This document shows, one piece after another, positions 1-14,168 of a stretch of 64,000 nt of DNA. The DNA is from the human T2T-CHM13v2.0 reference genome, Homo sapiens: NCBI RefSeq assembly GCF_009914755.1, contig NC_060938.1; one strand, 5' to 3'. The position numbers and the translations under genes are program-made. The stretch's first letter is position 1. Each line of letters begins with the position of its first letter. Under the pieces are notes generated by a model. It was not told the DNA's origin. It ran no database searches and saw only the letters and a list, made by a program, of their open reading frames with translations.

Positions 1-562
<562 letters not shown>

Positions 563-744
563 TTAAAATTAAAATTAATTAAAAAAAAGAATTGCCTGGG
601 AGATCAAAGAAAATGTACATACAATCTTCTTGACAATCAAATTCACTGAATAATGATGTTTTAAGTAATCTGTGGAATGAATCATCGTATACATAAATAA
701 GCAAAATGTAATAGCACCACCTTGTTTTGTCGAGTTTTTATTAC

Positions 745-900
745 TTCATGTGACCTTCTAACAACCCCTGAGAAGAATGAAAACATGTAAAATTTATCAC
801 TTGACAAATGAGAAAACTGAGCCTCAAAAAGTTAAATGTCTTTCCCAAGGTCACATAACTAGAAGGTGGTGGAGGTGGGGTTTGAACCCAGGTCTTCTGA
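745..900 (-). mobile_element. MIR
   Basis: Core aaactgag...cccaaggtcaca...gggtttgaacccagg. Confidence 0.8.
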
Positions 901-1392
901 ACATACCTCATTTATTGAAGCAGAGACTCTTCAAGCTGGGAGGGATCTGGGAGATCATCTGGTGAAGATGGTTTCATCAACAAAATATGGCAAGATTCCA
1001 CTAAATGGGCCTAGAGTGTCAACCTATGCCTCAGACAATGACCCACTGCAAACGAGTTTGTGGTTCTTAAGCCATGCCTCACAGAACACTAGTATTATTG
1101 AGAGCTGGACTAGGGGGTCCCACCTTTACAAATTAAATCTTGAGCAACTTTTTCCATTGCACAGAAAAAATATATATTGGTGAATGCCATTTTCTCTATT
1201 TTGTTTAACGGGGCAAAACATAAGCAAAGAATATTCATGTACAGTATGCATGGAAAAACCAGGAAATAGCTGACCATGTTTAGTTAACTGCCTTTTAAAA
1301 TGTGTTCAGACACCTGGGTGGCTAGGTGTGCCTTTGCTTGTATATATCATTTCTGCTGGTTCTAGTGAAGGGACTATATTTATCAGTGTGGC

Positions 1393-1566
1393 TGTACTTC
1401 TCTACCCTGGCTGCACATTAGAATCACCTGGAAAGCTTTAAAAACAAATGATTCCTGGACCCATTCCCCAGCAGTTCTGACTACACTGGAGTGAGTGGGG
1501 TCCACGGCATATTTTTTTCAAGATCTCCAGATGATTCTAACGTGCAGCCAGGGTTGAGAACCACAG
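1393..1566. mobile_element. MER5B-like hAT-Charlie MITE
   Basis: ggctgcacattagaatcacctgg...gattctaacgtgcagccagggttgagaaccac, with internal inverted symmetry. Confidence 0.8.
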
Positions 1567-1704
1567 ATTATAATGTGTTGCAAAGGGCACCATGGCTTCT
1601 AGATGTTCTGGAAGTTTGAGAAACCACTGCTTTAATGGTGTGAGCTTTCTATTGATTAACCGTTAAATGAATTAGACATGTTGTTTCGCTGATGGAACAC
1701 CTTT

Positions 1705-2050
1705 AAAAATTTTGAGTTAGAAGCCCATAAACATTTTAAGCCCATGTTAAAAATTGGAACACTTCACAGAAAGATCCAGATTTTCTGCTTTTCTGGGACA
1801 CGGGAAGAACTAATCAAGCTGGACCCACAGTCCTCAATGCAAAACCCAGCAAGAACTGAGGCTGGCTGCTGCTTTGGCTGGGCACGTGGGCTCCAGGTCC
1901 CCTCCCTCTCCCTGTCTCACACACCCTACTTTCTTCTTGACCCCAAGACCAAGTGTCCTGGTGCAGTTTATCATGACGCCGTGGCTTTTCTTCCAGATCA
2001 TTTGCATTTCCTGCCGGGTCTCTGTAGGCACTTGTGTTTGCCATCCCTCT
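1705..2050 (+). mobile_element. MER102-like hAT-Charlie relic
   Basis: ttcacagaaagatccagattttctgcttttct..., similar to the copies at 15230-15570 and 18355-18700. Confidence 0.55.
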
Positions 2051-2074
2051 AAGAAAAGTTTCGCCCTAGTTCAC

Positions 2075-2240
2075 TGACTCTTAAGCTTCAATGTGCTTAA
2101 GAATCCATAAGGAGCTTGTCGAAAATACAGGTTCCCCAAGACTCCACCCCCTCAAGATTCTGATTCTATAAGGGTGGGTGGGACCAGGGAATCTACATTT
2201 ACCTCCAGCTTCCTCTGGACCACACTTGGAGAAGTGCTGA
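2075..2240. mobile_element. MER5A-like MITE
   Basis: agattctgattc...ggaatctacattt...ggaccacacttggagaa. Confidence 0.7.
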
Positions 2241-5200
2241 CCTCTACTGTGCAGAGGGCATTGGCCCTTGGAGCAAATGATTTTCAGAATAATTCTCAGA
2301 ATAAACAAAATCTACACTTAGCAGCTAGAGAACAAAGACTAAAATATAGAGTTTTCTCTTTGCTGAGAAACTCTGGGTTTGCTGGTTGTCTTAGCGCTGC
2401 CCTTGGCTGAAAACAACAAGTCTCCGAACAGAGACAGATAATTACAAGCCAGAAGATAAAATGACACCTACATTGGTGATACCTTTGTAAGAGGGATGAC
2501 AACGGAAGTAAAAAAGCTGTGTCCTTTCCCATCACATGGGGTCAGAGAAACTCTCTACTCCCTCCCGACAGTAAAATCCTGGAGAATTAGAAAAAGGATT
2601 ACAGAGTCTTGCCCATACTCCCCAATAGAGGCTCTGCTGATTCATCCCAGATGGAATTATAAAATTCTTTCAGCTGAAAAGGAGTTTGGAAATCATCTCT
2701 AACTTTACAGCTGGGGAAACTGAGGCTCAGAGAGGTCACTTTTACGTAGCTGCGGTTGCTTAACCTGCTTGAGACTCTTCATTAAATAAAGAAAACTCCT
2801 TCATTAAATTAGGGAGAACATTTGTGGCAGTATGAATCTCCCGGGCAAAAAAAAAAAAAAAAAAATGCAGAGCTAAGGAAGAACAAATCCAGTTATCATT
2901 GTGCAATCTGCCACCTGGGTTACTAAGATAATAACTCTGACCTCTCCTGCTTGGTCCAACACATGATTCATTTATGTTATAAATCAAAGTTCTACTGAAC
3001 CCTAAAGGTTAAAGGAGGTTAAAGGTAACACTTACAACGTGTATTTTACATATAAATGAGTGCTTAACTACATGCGTCCTGCACACAGAATGTCTAGGTT
3101 AGGGTCCCTGCTCTTTTTGGACAAATTACTTAAGCAATCCAGGTCTCAGTTTCCTTATCTGTAAAACAGGGAGAAAAGGTTATTTAGGAAAAGGCCTTCC
3201 TCTCTGCTCTCACCTTGGTGCCCTTTCTCCTGCACTACTAAAAAGTATTTCCTCTTTCATTTTCCTCTCCAGGGACCTCTATCTCCTTGCCCTGGCTCCT
3301 ACTGTCACTTTCCTTTGAATGCATGTTCACTGGGTCAGGGAAGTGGCCAGAAGTGAGGAAATATGGAACAGAACGTGATCTCATGACCTCCCAGCAGAGG
3401 CTCTGGCATTGAGACCCTGCTGTGCCCCACCACAGACCTGGTGTCACCCCTGTCTGCCCTCATGAGTTAAAGACAGGCTTCCTTCCCCCACCCCGCCCCG
3501 CCGCCTTGCAAGCCCCTGATGATGGCTCTCTGCTCCTGCTCAGCACCTGCCCACTGCCTTCTTTATAGTTAGTGTGCCTTGTGTGTCTGCCTCTCTGGGG
3601 TGGGCTCAGCACCCGACCAGCTGCAGGGCGGGCCCAGGTCCGTCTGCTCAGCCTCCAAGTCACCTCCAACAGCTGCAGAGTCTGCCTGCTTCCGGTTTGT
3701 ACCTGTGAGCCTCATAGCATCGCACGTTGGCTCCTCCCCAGCATCCTGAACAGCATCCTGCTCACTGTGCTGGGTTGCCCCAGGCCAGACCATTGCTCCA
3801 TAACCCCACATCCACCCATCTGTTGCAGTTGTAAGGTCTTGGTACTGCAGCCTGGAAGCTGCCCAGCATCTATGGGGCCCTGCCCGGGCTTTTCCCAAGG
3901 ACATCTGCTATTTGTGCTTTGAGTCTGCACAAAATCAGTGTCCACTTGCACCTGCATGGCCTTGCCTCCACGTGGCTCATTCATTCTCAGCTCAGGATTC
4001 CGGGATGGGGGGGTCCTGGTGACTCAGAATGCTTCCTCCCTTGGACTCCTCCTGCTGACCCAGACCATGAAGGTCTGAGTCCTGCCCTCTTGCCCTGGAC
4101 TCTCCTCACACCTCTCCTGCCGGCCTCAGATTTCGACCTTCCTCTGATGCTTGTGGTCACTATCTCCCGCGTTGGTGGGTTCCCAGGGAGTTGGAGCCTT
4201 GGCCATCGAGCTGCTAGGTGCCTCTGGGAACTGTGGGTCTCTGAGCCAGCCCCACCCAGAGACCCTGGGCAGGGAGTAGTAGCTCTGCATCGGCCTCCAG
4301 CCTCCGCCCCACATGGCAGCCACATCCTGAAGAAAGGCGCTCCAGGCAGCCACAGGAAGCTGGAGCGGGAACCCCTCGCCAGTAACCACAGGCTCCTCTG
4401 CCTGGCGTGGAGCCGTGAACGGGGCCTTTGCACCTCCAGCCAGAGCTGGTCCACCCATCGGTACCCACTCCTGTTCCTTCTCTCCAGCCAGGTTCCTTTC
4501 ACCCCTTGCTGTGTGCTCTGCTGACCACCCTCCCCTGCCTGCCAGCTCCATCCCATGCCCTCCACCCCACTCCAGGAGCTGCCCACCTCCCAGGTGGGCC
4601 TGGGCTGAGGTAGTCAGGGCGGCGAGGACACCTGCTGGTAGGAAAAGCAAACAGAGCTGCTCCCGGAGTCTACGGCCCACGAGTGGCTCACATTCCTCTT
4701 TCCTGGGCTGTCAGTTTCTCAACATCTGCCAAATTTCTCTCTCTTGTATTGAGGTTTTTAAAATCCCCTTCAGTAAACACATATGACTTCCACACGTGTA
4801 CCAACACACACAGACATCTCGCCCAGAAGCCGCCCGGCTCCTCCATGCAGACAGAGCCTCCTGGGACGGCAGGCTCCCAGACATATCCCCCCCCCCCCAC
4901 CATGCACCCACTGCCACCCCTCCACCCGCTCTCCCGTGACACGCAGACACAAAGGGCGCCAGCCTCCTCTACGCATCCACAGCCAAAACCCGCTCTCCCC
5001 GTGCCCACCGGCCTGGAGGGCGCCCATTTTGAGCACATGAATCTGTCTACTGCACAAGACTGCATGTCACCCTAAAGTACACGGCCCTGGGAACATTCGT
5101 GCATACCCTCTTCCTTCCACACACACAGCTCACGTGGGTCTCGTGGGTCACGTGGGTGGGGTAGACCAAAGGGCCCAGGCAGCAAGAAGCTGTCTCCTGC

Positions 5201-5691
5201 CTGGGCTTCAAAAAGCTTGACAGACATTAATTTGGGGCAGGTATTCTTCTTCCCAAGAACTGGAAAAACTGAAACGGAGACGTGTCACAATGAGTTGTGA
5301 AAAGCAGGGAGAAGATGAGGTCTCCACACTGAGAACCGTAAGGGCTCCTGACAGAGCCGGCCTTCCCCTTTATGGCACCCAGATGCTTACAGTTACTGAT
5401 ACGATCGCATGTGCAAGAATACATATGTTTCCCTGGACAGCACAATGTAATTCCAAATTAAAATCAGTCAAGGATGTGATGTGAATTCAGCAAGCCACTC
5501 AGCTCCAGGGCTCCTGGCCTCCCAGAAGCGCCGGCTCTTAACAGAATGGCTCTATCTCCTTCCCCACCCACCTCCCCAGCCCCAACGGAGGAGCATCGCA
5601 CATCCTGAGCCTTGGTGCTGGTGAATCCTGGGGCACCCTGCTGTGTGGCCAGCACTAGGCCCCCCTCTGCAGAGCTCCCAGCTCCAGTTCA

Positions 5692-7188
<1,497 letters not shown>

Positions 7189-7199
7189 CTCTATTTCTC

Positions 7200-7275
7200 T
7201 CTGCTGAAATTTTATACCTCCCTCCCATGACGTCTCTGGCCTGGGGTGGGGGAGGGAGGGACCAGCGCACGCAGC
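7200..7275 (-). promoter_or_regulatory. TGFB3: TGFB3 core promoter: TATA box, CRE/ATF site, G-rich AP-2/Sp1-like tract, RCGTG hypoxia-element core
   Basis: Minus strand TATAAAA at 7216-7210 and AGACGTCAT at 7235-7227; GGGGTGGGGGAGGGAGGG at 7243-7260 (+); GCGTG (minus) at ~7268-7272. Spacing agrees with the described TGFB3 promoter. Confidence 0.9.
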
Positions 7276-7429
7276 CTCTTTTGCTGCACGATGTTAATGT
7301 TTTAAACAGGCACAGGAAAAGCCGAGCCCTTTTGAAAAATACTTTGCGAGTCCTCTCGTTCGACGTGGTAGCTGAACTTTTTTTCCCCTCTTGGAATCAC
7401 TCCTGCCACACGTTGGCTGTTTTTCTGGA

Positions 7430-8240
7430 AAGTTACTCCGATGAGCCCCCTCCCTCCCTTTCCCCCAGCCCCGGCGCCCTCTCGCCAGCTGTCAGTCCGC
7501 GCCGTCCGCGGCCCGCGTCTACTCTCCCTCCTGGTCCCCCGGTCCCGGGGCCGCCCGCGGGCCAGGCCCAACCCGGGGCAGGGTCCGCAGAGGGCGCGGG
7601 ACCCGGTAGGGGCGGCCATGCCAGCCTCGCAGAGGGGACTCCCAGCCTGCGAGCCGGGTCGGAGGGTCGGCGTCCGCTCCGCGGCGATCCTGGCCCGATT
7701 CTTCATTGACAAGATCGGAGTCGGGAGGCGGGCAGAAGCCTGGAGACGCTCCAGGGGCAGTGAAAAATGGTGGCGTTTTCCGGAAGATCGAGGGTGCCCT
7801 CTGGCGAGGCGAGGCCGCCAGTGAAGGAGCTCGGCTGGTCGGGAGCCGGGGAGGCTCGGGGGCTGGGGGCTGCGGGGTGGGGGCTGAGGGGCGGGAGAAG
7901 GGGCTGCGGTAGAGAGCGAGAAAAACAAGACCCAGGCCCCGAGGAATCGCCTCCCTCCCGGCCCGACGTGCGCACGAGCGCACCTCTCCCTCCCCGACCG
8001 CCGCTCCGGAGCCGCTCTCGCAGAAATGTCATCCAGATGTTCAGCCTCCCTCCCCGCCGAGGTCTCCGCAGGGAGCTGCGCCAGCGAGCGCGAAGTCAGC
8101 AGTTGGCCCGAGCCCATTTCCCAGATGGGTGAGGGGAAGTCGGCTCTGTGCTTTCGCTCCTCTTCTCGGCCCGAACCTCTAGGCCTTTTCCCACGAGCAG
8201 CCAAGGGAGGGTAGGGCACGTGGCTCCCCGCACCCCGCAA
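7430..8240. promoter_or_regulatory. CpG island upstream of the TGFB3 TATA promoter
   Basis: Very high GC content and dense CpG over ~800 bp, with no repeat signature. Confidence 0.9.
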
Positions 8241-8669
8241 CACAGGGCTTGCCTCTGAACTGAACTTTCCTGAGAGTGAGTGCCGCTCCCACCCCATCTC
8301 ACTCCAGCCTTCCTGGACCCTTTCTGAGAGGTCTGGCTTCCAGGCCACTAACTGAAGGGGCTGTTCTCTGTATCCCAGCACAGCGGTGGGTCACTTTACG
8401 GATGAGGAAACTGAGGCATAGAGTTTTTTGTTTTTTTTTTTACAGACCACACTGCTTGTGAGTGATGGAGGCGATATTTTACACAGGCTATCTAGCTTGG
8501 GTAGGCATTACTTTCATTTGCAAAACCAATGGGAAACCTAGGGGTAGAAACTTTAAAAGTAACTTGCCCAAGGTCACATAGTTATTAGGTGTCAGCTGTT
8601 GGGATTTGGACCCAGGACGTTGCCAGATTCTGGACTTAATTACTATGCTATACTGCCTCTGAAATTTCA

Positions 8670-9270
8670 GAAAAAGTTTAATGTTTACTATATACCAGGC
8701 ACTATTCTAGGCTCTGTGAAGAATATCAGTGAACGAAACAAAACTCCTGCCCTCAGGGAAATTTTATTTTAGAGGCAGGGGTGGGGCAGTGGAGGAGGCG
8801 ATAAACTAAATAAATATGTAAATGATGTAGTACGGTAAAAAGTGCTGAGCCAGGTGCAGTGGCTCACGCCTGTAATCCCAGCATTTGGGGAGGCCCATGC
8901 AGGAGGATTACTTGAGCTCAGGAATTCGAGACCAGCCCCAGCAACACGGCGAAACCCAGTCTCTACAAAAAAATGGAAAAATTAGCCCGGCATGTTGGCG
9001 CAGGCATCTACTTGGGAGGCTGAGGCAGGATAATCACTTGAGCCAGGGAGGCAGAGTTTACAGGGGGCCAAGATTGCACCACTGCACTCCAGCCTGGACG
9101 ACAGAGCAAGACCGTGTCTCAAACAGACAAGCAAACAAACAAATGTGGTGTGGCAGAAAATCAAGCAGGGAAGGAGGATGGGGTGTGCCTAGGTTGGGGG
9201 ATGTTGCAGTTTCAAATAGGGTGATAAGGGAAGGCCTTTGAGCAGACAGTTGCAAGATAGGAAGGAAAAT
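8670..9270 (-). mobile_element. L2 3' fragment interrupted by an Alu
   Basis: tactatataccaggcactattctagg...cctgccctcagggaa, resuming after the Alu. Confidence 0.65.
8848..9143 (+). mobile_element. AluJ
   Basis: Dimeric Alu with a (CAAA)-type tail. Confidence 0.93.
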
Positions 9271-10749
9271 TATTAAAGTTATACTTTTTTGGACTCCACC
9301 TCTACCAAATCAGTCTCCAGAGCTGAGGCCCTGGCATCTCTGTTTCTTTACAAACCTCACACGTGATTCAGGTGCTAAGCAAGTTCTGGAAGCTACTACT
9401 GCAGGGTACCTCTCTGCCCAGAGTGAGGACCATTTGCCTTCTGTTTTCAGCAAGTTGGGGAAGAAGTGGGGGTGAAGGTCTGGAAACTGACTATAAGGTG
9501 ATGGTCGTATGCTGTGAGCTTACAAGAAATGGAAAAATCCAAAGATTAATCCCTTCTTCCTCATCTGGTGCCGAAGAAGAAGGGAACAAGGGATTCATTG
9601 GAGCCTATATTTCATCTGTCTTGGATTTTTGGCAATGAGTGTTTCTTCAGATTAAAATCTAACAAAGTATTCTCACTGAGAAGCAAGTTAACAAAGGATC
9701 TTAGAGATAATCTCTAAAGTAATTACAAGGGAGGAAACTGATAGCGGAAAGGGCTCTGCTCTGACTACACAGGTAGTTTTCAGGAGAGCTAAGATGAGAA
9801 CACAGCTCTTCTGATATCCAGGCCAGTGCTCTTGCTGTCACAGGCATGCTAACACACAGTCCTATCCAGTAACATGTGTGACTGAACTGAGTGATTTACT
9901 GGATATTTAAGAAATGCTTGCAATGAGGTTTCAGGGGTGCTACTCCCACTTCCGAATCCTTGCTTTTAACCTGTGTCCATCCAGGCCTTCCCCTCAACAT
10001 AATACTGGAATGTTGTTTGCTTTCAGGGCTATCAGCCCATCTCCTATGGATCTCAGCCAACCAGTGTCAGGGACCTGGCCAGTGATATTGACTTGGAGAT
10101 CTCATATGAAGAGTCAACAAAGACGCAACTTAAATGCCCCATTAGGCTGGGAATTTGTGGTACATCTCCCTCTGCCAGCCTAGGAGAATGGCTGGCACCC
10201 AGTAGTATGTGCTGGAGATAAATACTCCAGTAATGTCTGGTGTCAGAAGGGCATTTGGCTCTGCTGCTTGGCACTTAGGTGATTTTCCTCAAGCCCCTTC
10301 TTTGTACCTCAGTGTGCTTTATTGTTGTGTTAGAGATACTACTGCTACTCACTTTGCGGGATTATTGGGATTTAATGAGATATTGAATATTTGTACTTTT
10401 GAAAGTTATTACTACTCAGCTATTTGATGTGTTGATTCAGCCTCTCTGTAAACTTCTTGAAGGCAGAGATTATGTATATTGCAGTTTCCATAATTCATGG
10501 TAAACCATTTATTACACCTGATTCCCTGTTTTCTCATCTGTCAAATGGAAACAATACCACTTATCTTGCTTCCCACACAAGGTTGTTAATGCCCCTCACG
10601 TTAAGCCAATAACTGTGACGGCCTTCTGTACCTTGCAAAGAGCTGTACAAGTGGGAGGCATCAGTATAGCAGTAGTAGTGCTTTGCACTTAATATATTGA
10701 TATATTTAAACAGAGCTACAAATACAGACAGTTCCTAACGACCAAATTA

Positions 10750-11450
10750 TTTTACCGTCTCGCAGGAGCAGCGTTGGCGAGTTTTAATAACCGGAGGTTG
10801 CTTCCAGATGTCAAGCAAGGCAGATTTAAGAAAGATTCGGTAGTTTGGAGGATGGCACACAGAATCCAGGAACCATGCTGCGTACCCTTTAAAAATTGGG
10901 GTGGAGGGGCGGGGCTGTTAGCAGGGACGCGTCTGGGCCAGTCGGTTTCCAGGAAGTGACGTCAGGCGGCCGCGGAGATGGAGGATTTGCTCGACTTGGA
11001 CGAGGAGCTTCGCTACAGCTTGGCTACCTCCGTGAGGACCAATTCGGGGGCCTTGGGGGCCAGGATTTGGCGGGTGGGGAGGAGCGACCCCGCCGGCCCC
11101 GACTTCTCTGAGGCGACTCAGGGCGGCAGGCCTCGCGCCGCGCCGGGTGAGGCCCAGAAGGAGGCAGCCTCACCGCCCCGCCCCCAGGCCACTGTGGGCT
11201 CCGCCGCTGCTGGCCTGGGGTTTGCTTTCTTTAAAATCCTCAGAAAGTAGAAAACACCCTGTCCCCGCCGGCGTCTAGGACCGTGGGAAATTTCCGAGCC
11301 TTTCTCCGTTTTCTAGAGCCCCGAGTGCGAACTTCCCCAGAACAGATCGATCACAGGGTGATAGGGGAGCCCCGGCCGGGGTCGCACTCGCTCCCATCCT
11401 AGAGTTTTTCCTTTGGGACACCTCGTCGCAGAAGTTCCTGCAAAAGCCGC
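10750..11450. promoter_or_regulatory. IFT43: IFT43 CpG-island promoter with GC box and overlapping ETS/CRE element
   Basis: GGGGCGGGGC at 10906-10915; CAGGAAGTGACGTCA at 10950-10964; CpG-rich through exon 1 into intron 1; no canonical TATA box near the ATG. Confidence 0.85.
10978..11031 (+). CDS. IFT43: Intraflagellar transport 43 (IFT-A subunit), coding exon 1, 18 codons
   Basis: MEDLLDLDEELRYSLATS followed by donor TCC|GTGAGG; this is the recognised IFT43 N-terminus. Confidence 0.97.
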
Positions 11451-13368
11451 ACTGTTTTATGCATGGAAGGGAGGCAGGCAGGGACGGCCTTTCTTCCCGG
11501 TAATCCCCGTGGGGAGGTGGGAGTTAACCTCAGTTACCTCAGTAGTTAAGGAAACCAAGACCGATTTGTAACGTGAGGGAGTGATTAGGTGCTCAGGCAC
11601 TGAGGCCAGATGGAGCATAGAGCTGTTGCCTGGGTTCAAAAAAAAAAAAAAAACCTAAAAAACGATTTAACCTTTCCGAGCCTTGGTTTCCTTATGCCTA
11701 GAATGGAGGTGTTACAGTGAAAAGGAAATGCAACAATACATGGGAAGCGTGTAACTCAGTGCTTGGCATATGTTATCACGGAAGAGGTCAGAAGAGGTTA
11801 GCTACTGCTGCCTATGAGGCTGTGGTTTACCCAGCGTTATAGTTAGTAAATAATGGAGCTAGATTCAAGACCCAAGTTCAGTGTCTACCTTCCTCCTTTG
11901 TAACCCCCATCAGGCCTTTTTATCTTTAAAACTGGTTAGGATCGCACTTACTAAAAGATTGGGCCCCAGAGCAAGTCTTTAGTGTCTGCTGTGAAATCTC
12001 TAAGTGTTTTGAAGGTCACCAGGCCTGCTGATACGTGAATGTTTTTTAGTACCTGGGGATGTGAATGTAGTTATTCATTCATTCAACAAATATTTATTGA
12101 GCCCCTACTGTGTATCAGGCAGTGTCCTAGGTGCTGGAGATACAGCAATGAATAAAGCAAAGTTCCTGCCCTCATGTGATTATGTTGTAGTGGGAGAAGA
12201 TGGGCAATAAATAGACTACATTTAACATACACAAAAATCAGGCAGTAAAGAAGTTTTTCTACCCTATGGATCTATACAGGGTCTTCAAAAAGTTTAAAAC
12301 CTTGAAATACTTAAAAATTATTAGAGAAAACACCTGTGAACAGCATTTAGCGACAAGATCATTGAATTTTTGTTTTAGCACAACCGCCATATGTAGGATG
12401 CTGTATTCAGATACTCAGTGCTGTGACAAATGGAAAAGGGCAACCATGGTGAAGGGATGGAATTGTCTGACTTGAGAAGAAAATAAGCTGCTTATTATCA
12501 GAAAGATTGTTTCCACCATCCCTGAAACCTAAATGACACTACAATTTGAAGTGTCGACATTGCATAAGAGTTTTTACGAGCTCTTCTGTAACCCCTCTCA
12601 GTTTAGTGGGGCAGTCAGTCCTTAGAACATCTTAAAACAAGTTTCAGCAGGGTAGAGTGGAAAGCACCCAGGAAACCCAGGATCTGAAATCAGAAGGCTT
12701 TGCTCCTAGGTTTATGTCAGCCACTTCATCACCTTCCTAGGCCTCAGTTTCCTCCTTTGTAAAATGACAGCAGTCTCAGTTTCTGTCCATTATTGTGAGA
12801 ATCAAAGGAAGCCACATTAAATGAGATCTAAAAGTGCTTATATTAATGCTGTTTTTTTTAAACAAAGTAAGCAAAAGTATAAATATTTCAGCACCCAAGA
12901 GTCTGACTAAATAAAGTTTTGTTTATGTGCTGGGAAGCCTTAGAGGCAGAGTCTCCACCGGAGGGCCTTGGGAAACACCTGCAAATGATTCATTTGATGG
13001 CCAAGAATTTTGAAGTGCTCTGATTTCCAAAGATAATGTCTCAAAATTCTTGTACTAGATTTCCCTTAATGTCTGTAAAGGCAAACCCAGTTACTGTACA
13101 TATCAGAGCAAATGCTGTTTTCCATTTACCATGGAATTTAGGAATTCTTTCCAAAAGCCTGTTTGATAATGATTTTCATGCCAAGCTGCAGATTTGAAAT
13201 TAAGCCTTCCTAAAATCCTGCGTAGGAACATGGGAGCATTTACCACCTTCTTCTCTGACCTGTGGCATGAGGTATCTGCCCATTCTAGAGGAATTTGTAA
13301 CTGCATTTCTTTGGGTAGAAAATAGAATTTTCTTTTGCCATCTCTATAGCTGTTGAAAGAAAACCTTG

Positions 13369-13552
13369 TCCAGCCTGGGCAGCACAGGGGGACCCCATAT
13401 CTACAAAAAAATAAAATAAAGTATCCAGATATGGTGGTGTGTACCTGTGGTCCCAGCTACTCAGGAGGGCAAGGTAGGAGGATCACTTGAGCCTAGGGGG
13501 TGGAGGCTGCGGTGAGCACTCCAGCCTGGGCAACAGAGTGAGAACCTGTCTT
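13369..13552 (+). mobile_element. Truncated AluJ
   Basis: End of left arm, linker and internally deleted right arm. Confidence 0.85.
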
Positions 13553-13641
13553 AATTTCCTATTTTCCTATCAAATAGAACTGACCTCAGGTGCTTTGTTT
13601 TAAGGGGTTTTAGAGGGTTTTCTAAAAACATGTCCAAGTAA

Positions 13642-14008
<367 letters not shown>

Positions 14009-14075
14009 GGATTGTCATCTCAGTAGTGGCCCAAATGACATTTGGGTCAGCAGTGCCTTCTGTTTCTCCTTACAG

Positions 14076-14168
14076 AGGGCCAAGATGGGTCGCCGAGCTC
14101 AACAGGAGTCAGCGCAGGCCGAGAATCACCTCAATGGCAAGAATTCCTCTTTGACTCTGACTGGAGAG
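14076..14168 (+). CDS. IFT43: IFT43 exon 2 (93 nt, phase 0-0)
   Basis: Acceptor ttctgtttctccttacag|AGG; encodes [31 protein letters not shown]; donor GAG|GTGGGT. Confidence 0.97.

Noticed and set aside
3919-4680. Overlapping 184-201-aa ORFs on both strands in TGFB3 intron 1
   Set aside because: GC-rich sequence open in several frames at once, no domain and no splice or Kozak support.
7302-8381. 359-aa minus-strand ORF, the longest in the window
   Set aside because: GTG start, lies within a CpG island where stops are rare, low-complexity R/P/G/A composition and no recognisable domain.
11032-11250. Read-through of IFT43 exon 1 as a 90-aa ORF
   Set aside because: It runs past the GTGAGG donor into intron 1; the true frame continues in exon 2.
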